Source: Minutocellus sp. GHC0000111
Taxonomy: Eukaryota
NCBI GenBank assembly: GCA_977018835.1
Contig: OZ361256.1
Span: 62,001 to 126,000, forward strand
Direction of reading: 5' to 3'
DNA length: 64,000 bases
Position 1 is the first letter of the stretch. The number at the start of each line of letters is the position of its first letter. A program made the translations under genes and the position numbers. The notes under the pieces were generated by a model. That model did no database searches, was not told where the DNA came from, and saw nothing but the letters and a program-made list of their open reading frames with translations. Positions 25,233 to 35,800 of the stretch are shown here, in pieces.

Positions 25233-25421
25233 TTGTGGGCACCGCACGGTGGGGATGAGCTGGCGACGGTGGTTAGCAGCAGGCACTAAAACTGCATTCC
25301 TGTAGTGCCCAGTTTTTCTGCTGACCACCACCTTCGCCTCCTCTCGTCTCAACTGACCAAGCCACAACCATCTGCGATTGCTGCCGTTGCAATTGCTAAG
25401 TCAGCTTACAGTACCGGCTCC
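25233..25421 (+). repeat. Right terminal direct repeat of the YR retrotransposon (189 bp)
   Basis: Matches 17154-17342 at 187 of 189 positions. Confidence 0.97.
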
Positions 25422-26376
25422 GACGGTTGTATCCCACCAAACGGAACATGATGTGATCGAGCTCCGCTTCCTTCAGCACCACGCAAGCACGCAAGCAAGC
25501 AAGCAAGCAAAGCTCACACGCAGGTTTCAAGCTAAGGCACCGGGTGTTTTGGGGAATGATGACGACGGACAGGCGGATTTTCTCCCTCTTGCTGGCTGGG
25601 CCGTGTTTTTTTGGTTCTGCAGTTCTCTCGATGATTCTCGTTACACCCCTACATGTACTACGTAGCTACATCTAGATAGACTAGGAATTCCTAGCTAGCT
25701 AGTATTTGATGAGTGTACGGACGGGTTTCATCCAACCAGAGCACCGCCACGCGCATTGCCTGGTGGCGGTGGCGGGTTCCTTGGCAGTCGCAAGTTTGGC
25801 AGGAAGCGCTACCGGTAGCTCCAGGAAATTGCCCACAAAGCAAGAGTACTCACAAACAGGCTGTTGCTTCTCAGACACATTTGCATGTTTAGAGATTGAA
25901 ATATATCATGGTATTTAGAATCAAACGTTGTTTCTTTGAGTTGAGTGTGCGAGTTCCATCCGGTTGTTCAAAACATAAATGCCACACATAAAATACGATC
26001 GCACGCACTAGATCTACTAGCTAGGGATCCCTATTGATAGTAAATGCATATAAAAAATATGTAGCCCATTAGTTTAACTCATGCTCGAAAACGTAGCGCT
26101 ATTCATACCCCTGTTTTCGAGTGCATAGGTTCCATCCGGTTGTTAAAACATAAACAAAACATAAATCATAACCTGTACCAGCAGACTCCTCTAGATCTTC
26201 CGGTACTGGCATTGAGAAAAGACGAGAGAACTTTCTTCGTTATCGTCAATCATCTCTCATCTTTCTCCTTTCTCTTTTTATATCTTTCCTGATAATCTGA
26301 ATCTCAAACCACATTCAATTCCAATGTGCACAAAATCAAATTCAATCAAATCCAATCGATCCAATAAAGCATAATC

Positions 26377-28155
26377 TCATATCTCTGCCACAGCACCGAC
26401 TCCAACAGCTGCTTGATCTTTGCTATCATCTTCAACATCAGCACCCAGTGATGGGCGTGCATCATCATTGCCCATTTCCATTTCCTCCCTCACCTTCCTC
26501 TCCACTTCCGCGTCCACCTCCTCGGGAGACAACGTGCCCTTGGCGGCATCGGCATCGGCGGCAGCAGTTATCTTCGCCGCCGTTGTTGTTGCTGCCTTAC
26601 CCCCCTTCATTTGCATCAGAGACCGAGTCTCCTCCTCCAGCTTCTTGTCGCGCTGGTACTGATCATGATGACGCTTGCACATCCCCAGGATGACGGCCTG
26701 CTTGGTGCAGTCCGGCACGGCGCACGATCGGCGCTTGGCCCCGTGGCGGATGCACTTGCCGCCCCGGACGGCCACCCTGGTGCAGCCCTCGGCCTCGCAC
26801 TTCTTCCGGGCCGGGCCGTGGCTGCTGCAAAGGCCGGCCTTCTTGACGTTCTTGGTACAGCCGGGGTGGGTGCACTGCTTCCGCTTGGCCCCGTGGGAGA
26901 TGCAAAGGCCTCCCTGCACGACGCGGTTGGGACATCCGTCGATGGTGCACTTGCGCCGGACACGGGTGCTGCCGCTGCTCCCTCCGCTCGATGTGCGCCG
27001 ATGATGAGCGGGCTTGTTGATGGCAGCCGATGCAGATGCAGATACCGAGGACCCCTTGGGACTTTTGGGACTCTTGGGGCTGCCGCGAGCAGTATTCTTG
27101 GACTCTGGTGAGCTCTCGGGGCTCAGAATCGCCGTGAGCTTGGTCGCCGCATCGTGGATCTCCCCTGACTTGCTACCGCTCGCCGTTGCATCACCACTGT
27201 TATCAGTAGTAGTAGCAGTTCGAGGAGAAGTCTTGAGCCTCTTGGAGATTGTTTCCCACGTGACCTTGGTGGGATCGGCTGTGGATGTACCCGCAGCAGT
27301 CATACTGGTAGTACTACTAGATGTAGTAGCAGCTGCAGCAGCAGGAGGTGTCACCAGAGGGACGGGATGGGGATGATGGTGATAGTACGCCGAGTACGCC
27401 GTCCCATGGGGAGGAGGAGGCGGCGGAAGGTGAGAGTGAGGATGAGAATGAGGCGTCCCTTGAACATGCGGCGGCGGTGGATACATGTGAGGATGGTGAT
27501 GGTGGTAGTGCGGAGGATGATGCGCCATCATGTGCGGCGGAGGTGGAGGTGGAGGCGGCGGCGGCCCATGATGAGCATGAGCATGAGCATGAGGATGGTA
27601 CGAGTACGTGCCAGGCGCAGTGGGATGATGATGAGGAGGAGGGCCATAGGCGTACACCCCCTGTGCATGTGATCGACCGTAGTCCTACGAGCAGCCGGTG
27701 GAGCCGATGGGTAGGCGTATTCGTAATGCCCGTAATAATATCCACCCGGCGCTGCTGCCGCTGCTACACCTGGCGCTGGAGCCACCGCTGCACCCGGTGG
27801 GGGAGGAGCCGGCGGCAGGGCCGTCGAGACGGGAGGAGGCGCCACAACTCTCCCCCCGAGGCCGTCGCACATCGGCCGAACGCTTGGTCCCCACCACCGC
27901 GACGTAGCCTGCATCGTCCGCGCTGTTATCAGCTGGAGGATGGTCGGTCTGCGCCGTGGTGGGCAAGGTTGCAGTAGAAGCGGCAGATTTTGCCGCGCCC
28001 AGAGGAGTTGTGACTGGACCGTTCGTGACGCCTTCTCCACTGTTCGGTGAGACGGCGTGGGAGGCCGTCGGTCCCACCGCTGGCCTGACAACACCGGAGG
28101 GCGACGTCCTCTCTTCGGCCGCCTTGACCAGGAAGTCCAATCCACCGCTGTCCAT
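26377..28155 (-). CDS. WRKY19-like zinc-finger repeat protein with Pro/His-rich N-terminus; frameshifts near 27850 and 27660
   Basis: Four C-x4-C...G-x-C-x2-H repeats (CTIDGCPNRVVQGGLCISHG and similar). N-terminus MDSGGLDFLVKAA; the shifts coincide with G/C runs. Confidence 0.78.
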
Positions 28156-28367
28156 GCTCTTTGCCCTGCTACTGGTATCGGTGGGAATTCGGCACAAGGT
28201 TGGCATGCATGCAACAAGGTCAGGGCTTCATGGACTTGAATTTTGTGGCGCAACTCACAGGCAATCTCAAAAAAAATTCACTCCGACCTTGACTTTGGGG
28301 CGATGCCGGCGCAAACGGACGAAAAAAATGGTAAAAGTGAAAAGTAGAAAGGAGGAGACATTTCCAC

Positions 28368-28393
28368 CATGCGAAGCAACGTTGCTTCGCATG
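28368..28393. repeat. Perfect 26-bp palindrome flanked by a 7-bp direct repeat
   Basis: TTTCCAC|CATGCGAAGCAACGTTGCTTCGCATG|TTTCCAC (28361-28400). Confidence 0.95.
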
Positions 28394-29951
28394 TTTCCAC
28401 TCTTTCCCCCCTTCCTTTTGACTCCCCCGCCGATTCCGGTAGCGGCACCGCATCCCTTGCCACCGATGGCTCGGGACAGCCCTACCTGCCCCAGGTCAAC
28501 CACCGACATTCGGCCAAGGATTGGATCCACAACGTCGCCTCTCTGCCTCACTCCAGCATTTTGCGCGACATTAAGGCTCCGGTCCTGGCCGTCATGGGGT
28601 GGTCGACCTTCGTGTCCGTCGTCCATCGGCTGCTGCTGACCAGCGCCAATCCCGTCTGGGCCAGCATGGGGAGCAAGCTCCAGGTGGGGGCCACCGCCCA
28701 TTCCTTCCTGGTCAGCTCCCTTGGCCTTCTCCTGGTACTCCGTACCAACAGCGCATACCAGCGCTTTGCGGTAAGTTTTCCTTCGTTGGATAGATTCAAC
28801 AGATTCGATGTCGAAAAAAAGATCCAAACGACCCTTTTCGTTTTAGCGATTTGATGGTTGGACCCTCACAGATTCATTAGATTCGTTCAATCTTCACTCA
28901 CCAATTTTAATGCGCTATCTTACTACTACGTTTGACCTTACAGGAGGGTCGACGAATCTGGGAAAGGATATTGTCCGAGAGCCGCAATCTGTCGAGGATG
29001 ATGAACCTGTACCGGCAGGACATTGGAGATGCTCGCCGATCCAGAATCACGCAGCTTCTGGCGGCCTTCCCCTACCTGCTCCGTCATCACATCCGACCCA
29101 AATGCTTGGAGTGCAATGGTAAGAATATTTCCAAGGAGAACCGGATCCTCCTTCCCGAGCCTTTGATTGAGCCCGTCGAGACGCGTCACGATAACGATAA
29201 GACCAACGGTGGCTCAACCAACGCCGAGATTCTGCAGGGTGGACTGACCAGCGAGTGTTGGGTCGACAAGACGACGTTGCCCTGGTCACTCTTTCCCGAT
29301 ATGGCACTGGCCAAGGTTGCTGGAGCCAAGAACCGTCCTCTCTGGACCTGCGATCGACTCGGCAGAGAAATTGCATCCGTCGCCTACAGCGACAACTGGA
29401 CCAGCCGAGAGCGTCTAACCATGCTCAGCAAGGTGGAGAAGCTCAGCAACGCCATCGGAGAATGTGAGCGGATCCATCAGACGGCTGTTCCTCTCAACTA
29501 CGCCCGGCATTCCCTCCGCTCTCTTACCATGTGGCTCTTTACGTTGCCCTTTGCCCTCATTCGAGATTACGGTTTGATGACTGGCCCGATCATGGGCGCT
29601 ACCGCCTGGCTACTCTTTGGTGTGTATCAGATTGGCCATAGTATTGAGGATCCCTTCCAGGGCACCCTCCGCCTTTCCATCCTTTGCGAAGCCATCCGCA
29701 AGGACGTCATGAGCGCCAGTAAGGACGATCGCGACAGCGCATATGCCGCCAACGATGACGACATTGCCGACGAGGATTGGACGAGCGTCACTGGCGCCAA
29801 GCAGCCCTCCATCACCAGCGATAAGAGCCTTAAGTTCGAATCGGACGACGTCCTTTTCGAGCAGGCCAAGATTGGTGAGAGCAAGAAGGATAGAGTTGTA
29901 CTCAACACTTCGAGTCTCATGAACCAGACTGTCGACAGTTGGATGCCTTAG
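28369..29951 (+). CDS. Bestrophin-like anion channel (UPF0187/VCCN1/BST type); intron 28771-28943
   Basis: SSLGLLLVLRTNSAYQRFA|EGRRIW, GECERIHQTAVPLNYARH and IGHSIEDPF. The GTAAGT...CAG intron joins in frame. Start codon uncertain. Confidence 0.9.
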
Positions 29952-30118
29952 ACAAGCTACTACCTGAACAACCAATTTTGCTACTGTCTTCAAAGAAAGA
30001 AAGACCCCCATAAAATAATAGAATATAGAGATTAGAATAGCTACAATAAATATATTGCATAATCGAGAGTATACGCGAGCTACGTAGCTCACCCTTATGG
30101 TCGTCATATTATTCATCT

Positions 30119-30859
30119 CTACTTCTTCCACGCGCTCTTATTTGCTGTGAGTGTCACATGCATCGTCACGTGCTCTCCGGCACCACTCTCCCTTTGCTTA
30201 CTTCTTGCCAACTCGAAGCTCGAGCGCAATACATTGAATACTTCCTCCCCATCTCCATCCAATGTCGTACAGAAGTGACCCTGTAATTCATCCTTGAAGG
30301 CTGGACTCTTGCGTACTACCTCCTCCATGACGGCATCAATTGTATCGATGTAATTAGAACATCCCATGGGATAGACTGAGAATTGACATGCCACCCTCTT
30401 GGGCAATAATTTGGCATCGTCTATCCATTCGTCTTTTCCCGCCGATACAGTCCGTTCCGGCAATGTTGTAGTAGTAGAAGCAGGTGCCAACTCTCGATCT
30501 CGATCTGCAGGACTGCCGGCGAAGAAGGAACATATCATGCTCACGTGCGGCTCGCCCTCGGCTCTGCAGGCTCGACCGAATATCGCCCGAGCGGCCTCAA
30601 ACAGCGCCGGTTCGGGCCCAATCAGTGCCGACGACACATCGTCCGGTTGAACCGCAACACCCAAATCGGATGTTCCTGCCACGGCATCCTTGATCGTTTG
30701 CTTCAGAGATTGTCCTGGGCCTGTTTTGGGATAGAGGCTGATTCGAACTCCTGCGAGGGGAGACGAAGGGGCTTCGGTGGAGAAGGCATCGGTGTTACAT
30801 GTAGCGAGCGCGAGCAACGCCGACGCTACCAGGAGAGGCCGGAGAGGAAGGAACACCAT
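30119..30859 (-). CDS. YkoF-like thiamine/HMP-binding protein with signal and transit-like peptide
   Basis: Two ferredoxin-like halves (RISLYP...DDVSSALIG...PHVSM and ACQFSVYPMG...HFCTTLDG...HVTMHVTLTAN) resemble bacterial YkoF. N-terminus LLVASALLALATCNTDA-F. Confidence 0.75.
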   Translation of the reverse strand: MVFLPLRPLLVASALLALATCNTDAFSTEAPSSPLAGVRISLYPKTGPGQSLKQTIKDAVAGTSDLGVAVQPDDVSSALIGPEPALFEAARAIFGRACRAEGEPHVSMICSFFAGSPADRDRELAPASTTTTLPERTVSAGKDEWIDDAKLLPKRVACQFSVYPMGCSNYIDTIDAVMEEVVRKSPAFKDELQGHFCTTLDGDGEEVFNVLRSSFELARSKQRESGAGEHVTMHVTLTANKSAWKK

Positions 30860-30982
30860 TTGTTTTTGCAATGAACTCAGAGCGAAGAGCAGCAGGCTGG
30901 CGGGCCGGGATCAACTGACGACCGACCTGCTGGTCCCGGTATGATAGAAGGGAGGGTCATTTCGAGCACAAGCAACGCAACC

Positions 30983-32704
30983 ATGAGGGGAACGACCGCT
31001 TGCCTTGCCGCAGCAGCCTCGGCCCTTTTCCTCGCGAAATCAACCGCAGGGGAAGAGGAAGAAGGCCATACATATGCTGGAGGAGCGCTGAGAAAGACTA
31101 CGGCGACGATCGGCATAAACAAGGCCGGCTCTGTGCAATCCCGGCACGAGAAAAACAACAACAATGGCCTTGTGACTCTTCCGCTCATCCCCCATCGAAC
31201 GATGCTGGACCGGCGCCGGAGGGAGCGACGCCTTCAGGGACATGAGGAGGAGGAGGGTAGCGACATATATGCACATTACGACGAGGTCCCCTCGGATGGG
31301 TACCCTCGCCGGAGGTTGACGGAACCAGCGTCGAAGCCGGGAGGTCGGTTTGAAGTGATGAGCTTGTATCAGGGCTTTGGTACGCATTACGTCGATCTAT
31401 GGGTGGGCACACCTCCTCAGAGGCAAACCGTGATTGTCGATACCGGTTCGGGCGTCACCGCGTTCCCATGCTCCCTTTGTCACGACTGTGGCGATGAGAA
31501 GTATCACACCGACCCCATCTTCCATGAGGATCAGTCCAAGAGCTTCGCTCCAGTGTCTTGTGATCAGTGCAGCCTCGGCCCCTGTGGGTCTCTCGGTCAT
31601 GGTGGTCTGGACGAGGTGTGTCTTGTTACCATGCGTTACGAAGAGGGCAGCACGTGGAAGGCCTTTGAGGCCAAGGATTGGTGCTATCCCGGCGGTCCAC
31701 ACGACCAAGCACTGGCCGAAGTGGATGGCAAGCTGGAGCTGACCGCCGAAGAGGCCGCGGCTGACGGTGCCGATCCGGAGCTTGCCGAGACCTTTCGCTT
31801 TCCTCTCAAGTTCGGTTGTCAGACCATGCTCACGGGACTGTTCAGGACGCAGTTGGCCGACGGCATTATGGGAATGGAGGACGCACCCACCGCCCTATGG
31901 AGACAGATGTTCCAGACCGGCGTCACCAAGCGCAACTCATTCTCGCTCTGCTATCGACGTGTCAACCATGCCGAGAAGGTTGGTACCGAGGCCGGTGCTC
32001 TCACTTTGGGTGGGAGCGACGCTCGGCTTCACGAAACTCCCATGGTATGGGCCGAAAACTTTGGCGTGGGCAACGGATGGTACTTGGTACACGTGCAGGC
32101 TGTCTACATCCGTGCCAGTGGTGGGCATTCGGCTGCAATCGAGGAGCCTGATGACATCACCAAGGTCGACATCGACAGCGAGATACTCAACAGCGGTGGT
32201 ATTATCGTTGACTCTGGTACGACGGATACCTACCTGCAGAGGGGTGTGAAATCTGCCTTTCAGGCTGCTTGGAAGGAGGCGACCGGACAAGCTTTGCCCG
32301 TCGGCGGTAAACAATTCCATCTCGACGGCGGCGTGGATGCACTGAACAACTTGCCAACATTCATCTTTCAGCTCCGCGTGGCTTCCCATCTCGATCCTGA
32401 CCTGGATGTTCAGGCCAAGGATCAGGCCTTGCCTAGAATGGCTGCTCCGATCGACCCATCCAATCCGAAGGACGTCCTCGTGGCGATGCCTCCGGCACAT
32501 TATGTGACCCCAGTAAGCGACAAAGGTGATTGGAAGCTGAGGATGCACTTCAGTGAGGCCGATGGTTCCGGAGGCGTTCTTGGGGCCAATGTGATGCTTG
32601 GTCATGACGTAACAATTGATCTTGACAATAATAGAATCGGTTTTGCGGAGAGCAATTGCGATTATGATAGCTTGAGCGGCGCCGAGGAGGAGGACCAGAG
32701 GTAG
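30983..32704 (+). CDS. Pepsin-family (A1) aspartic protease, secreted
   Basis: VIVDTGSG and IIVDSGTT catalytic motifs, FGCQ, DGIMG, VLGANVM and RIGFAESNC; signal peptide. Alternative start at 30941. Confidence 0.93.
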   Translation: MRGTTACLAAAASALFLAKSTAGEEEEGHTYAGGALRKTTATIGINKAGSVQSRHEKNNNNGLVTLPLIPHRTMLDRRRRERRLQGHEEEEGSDIYAHYDEVPSDGYPRRRLTEPASKPGGRFEVMSLYQGFGTHYVDLWVGTPPQRQTVIVDTGSGVTAFPCSLCHDCGDEKYHTDPIFHEDQSKSFAPVSCDQCSLGPCGSLGHGGLDEVCLVTMRYEEGSTWKAFEAKDWCYPGGPHDQALAEVDGKLELTAEEAAADGADPELAETFRFPLKFGCQTMLTGLFRTQLADGIMGMEDAPTALWRQMFQTGVTKRNSFSLCYRRVNHAEKVGTEAGALTLGGSDARLHETPMVWAENFGVGNGWYLVHVQAVYIRASGGHSAAIEEPDDITKVDIDSEILNSGGIIVDSGTTDTYLQRGVKSAFQAAWKEATGQALPVGGKQFHLDGGVDALNNLPTFIFQLRVASHLDPDLDVQAKDQALPRMAAPIDPSNPKDVLVAMPPAHYVTPVSDKGDWKLRMHFSEADGSGGVLGANVMLGHDVTIDLDNNRIGFAESNCDYDSLSGAEEEDQR

Positions 32705-32825
32705 AAATTTCTACTGATTTAATTCACTTAAAGGACTGTAACAATAAAATGGAAACAAAATTCATGCATTTCTTTAATGATATTCTATTTATGAATGCGT
32801 ACGGGTGGCCTTTGTTGGCATCTAT

Positions 32826-35800
32826 CTAAAGAAGAGAAGCAAATATTGTGGCCCCTGCGACGACAATCGATGTGGCGATCGATAATTGAGTTCGACGAGA
32901 CGGGGATGAGGAGCTTGTGCCGCAAACACCGCCGAGGCCGTCGACGTTGCCAACCGCTTCGCAGTCAACGCCCATCTTCGGTATGGCACTAGCAAACGCT
33001 TGGAAAACCTTCCTTGTGCCGTCACGAACAGGCTCGGAGTCGAATTGAAAGTCCATATTCCTCTGGATGACTCTAGCAGCATCCCCATCTACCTCGGCAA
33101 CATACGGTAAGACAGAATGAGAAAACACGTATCCTTCTGCCAGGTCCTTGCTCTTATCGAAGAACAGCAGCTTTTCGTTCGCAATGGCATAGCGCAGAGT
33201 ACCCTGGATGAGAGGTACTTGTAAGAGCTGCTCAATCTCTTTGGTGGTCTTTTGGAGTGCGTCGCAATTACTGCCCATTGTCTCACCCCTGCCGGCATAA
33301 AGCAGATCAATCAACAAACCATTTAGTTCGGCTGTTCCGTCGTTCTCACATCGGTTGAATTGCTCGCATCTCTTGTTGGCAAGGCTGTACATCATGAGAC
33401 CACGGTCTGTACCTCCAGACTCGGTGCCCTCGAGAGAACCAATCAAATACGCTGCCGCCTTGTCCCACTCGTTGGCTGCATTGGCCTTTCTCTGGGGATC
33501 GTTTGATCGGCAGTCATCAATGGCTTCGTACATGGCCTCGAGAGCTGCCATGTACACAACCATGTATTGAGATGCCTTGACAACAATCTCCGTTCGTTGT
33601 TCTGGTGATGCCAGGGACAATTTGTCGGTATCGAGGGCCATGGAAATCATATGGTCGGCGTAATCGGCAGCGTCTTCAATCTCATCGACTTCAGCTCCAA
33701 AATAGTTCTTGAAGTACTCAAACGATGGGACAATCTGACGAGTTGAGGTAGTTGCGAGGTCCTTGAGGGAAAATACCTCGTCGCCGATGCGTGTTGTAAT
33801 TGAGGCGTGTCTTCCAAGAGTGTAGTAGTCTCGGACGGCGTCGTATGCACGCTCTTTCATAAAGATCTGGATCGCCTGAATGTCCAAATCAAGTGCGGCG
33901 ATCTTGCGAACATCAGTCTGGGGGATGTAGCCCGCAAGAGGGTTGAGTTCTGGCGTGCCGACGCAATCACCACCATAATCGTTGAAAACACCAATATCAT
34001 CGCAAGACAGGCCGAGGCATTGGTAAGTGCTCTCAATAACGCGGATGATATTGTCGACGTCGACCACATTGTATTGCTCCACCATGAGCTTGTCTCGGAG
34101 GAACTCAAAGTTGCCTGGATTGCACGCCGCAGTGAGGGGCACAAAGGCTTGAGCGTACAATTGGACTCGTTCCCGGTCGTTCTCGGCGAGATTGTAAATC
34201 AGATTCTGGATGAGTGGGACCGTCATTTGAGAAATGATCTTGTGAGCAATAGAGCGCAATCTCTTGTAGCTGTCATTATTCGTCGTACAGGCTCCAGGGT
34301 AGGAGATCTCGTTCTTGGCATCATTGAGTAGAGAGATGATCTTGACGTTGACGGTTGACTGCCCGGTGCTGTCCTGGCCAAACTTTTCACCAATCTCCTC
34401 AGCGAGGGCATAGAGGGAGTGACCTTCCTCAGCGGACCCCGTCTGCTGGCTATCACCAATGTAGTAAGCTGCAACTTCGTCGATAGAGTGGACGCCGTCG
34501 TCGTCCTTGAGGAGTTTTCGTCGACAATTATCAACGCCCTGATACAACTCATGAACAATGTACATCCAAAGATTCAATACCCGAGCAGCCTCAACCGGAA
34601 TGAGGGAACTGCCCTGGCTCTCGAATGCTTTCTGCACGATAGAGTCAGCATACTCGCCAGTCGGCCCACCGAGATAGAGACCATTGTCGATGCCGTCTAG
34701 AGCATACTTGAAGAGGATGTAAGTTGGCTCTTGGGACATGACCAAGGGTGCAGATGTACTGAAGCTCGACAAACTGCGTGTTCCAACCTTTTTGCCATTC
34801 TTGTCGTAAATGTCGGAGTTGAGTCCACCCTCGTAGATTCCCCTGGCAACTTCGGAGTTGCCATCCTTGAGGGCCTTCTCCATATCACGAAGATCAAGAG
34901 CAAGCAGCGCTCTGTCCTGAACATAAGTGCTGGTGGTGTACAGACCATTCGCCAGGGTTACTGGAGTATCAACTGCTACCGCGTCGGCGGGGCAGACGCC
35001 AGTTGCAGTGGCCTGGAAAACACCGACTTCCGTGCAATCAGCACTCATAAAAGCAATGGCGTCGCGGAATGCATCAATGACCGAGTCCACACTTGCTGCC
35101 CCACCATTAAGTTTCATGTTATTCTCGATGGTTGTGGCACTGCTTGGGTTGGAATCATCAACAAGAGGAGCGACGGCATACATAAGTGCATGTGCTGCTC
35201 CTGCAATGCCATCGGACGAGCCCATCTTAGACAGCTGAGCCGTGGCATTGATACTGCCCTGAATCAAGGCAACTTGCAGAGACGAAGTGATTCCAACGTC
35301 AACAAGATCCGAGGCTCCCTCACATTCGGAATCACTCAAAAACAGCTTGCCGCCGGTGAGATACTCCACAAGCTTCGAGCTCGATGCACCGACGTTCGAG
35401 TCGGAGCACTTGCCAAAGTTGTCACAGATTTCATTCCCAAGAGAGTACATGAGTTTACCACCCGAAGGATAATCAGACATTTGCTTTGCTCCATCAATTG
35501 ATCCAATGAGGACCGCAGCGGCACGATCCCAAGAGGCACTTCCGTGGTCGGAAGAGTCGCTCTCACACTCGTCAATAGCAGTGTAGAGCTCTCGGATACC
35601 ATACATGTAAGCTACCATCTCTCTGAGCGCACCGACGACAAACTGTGCAATATGGCTGTTAGAAAGTCCCCCAAAGACCCCCTTCTTGTCGAATGCATCC
35701 ATGATGATGCTATCAGCATAGTAGGGATTCGAGTAATACGACGAGTAGATGTCGAACTGAGTATTACCGGGAACGATGCGGTCGTCGTCGGTAGCAAGAT

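Larger units (their letters stand above)
17154..25421 (+). mobile_element. Tyrosine-recombinase retrotransposon (order DIRS, Ngaro-like), full-length but inactivated
   Basis: Order is extra ORF, gag-like, RT/RNase H, overlapping YR, bounded by 189-bp direct repeats. No methyltransferase domain seen after RNase H and no DDE integrase. Confidence 0.92.

Noticed and set aside
17154..25421. Classical LTR retrotransposon (Copia/Gypsy)
   Set aside because: No DDE integrase or protease, no TSD and no convincing primer-binding site; it encodes a tyrosine recombinase.
25943..26154. Imperfect duplication of about 35 bp (GTTCCATCCGGTTGTT...AAAACATAAA) in an intergenic region
   Set aside because: Only two copies with no array, TIR or coding context; not CRISPR-like.
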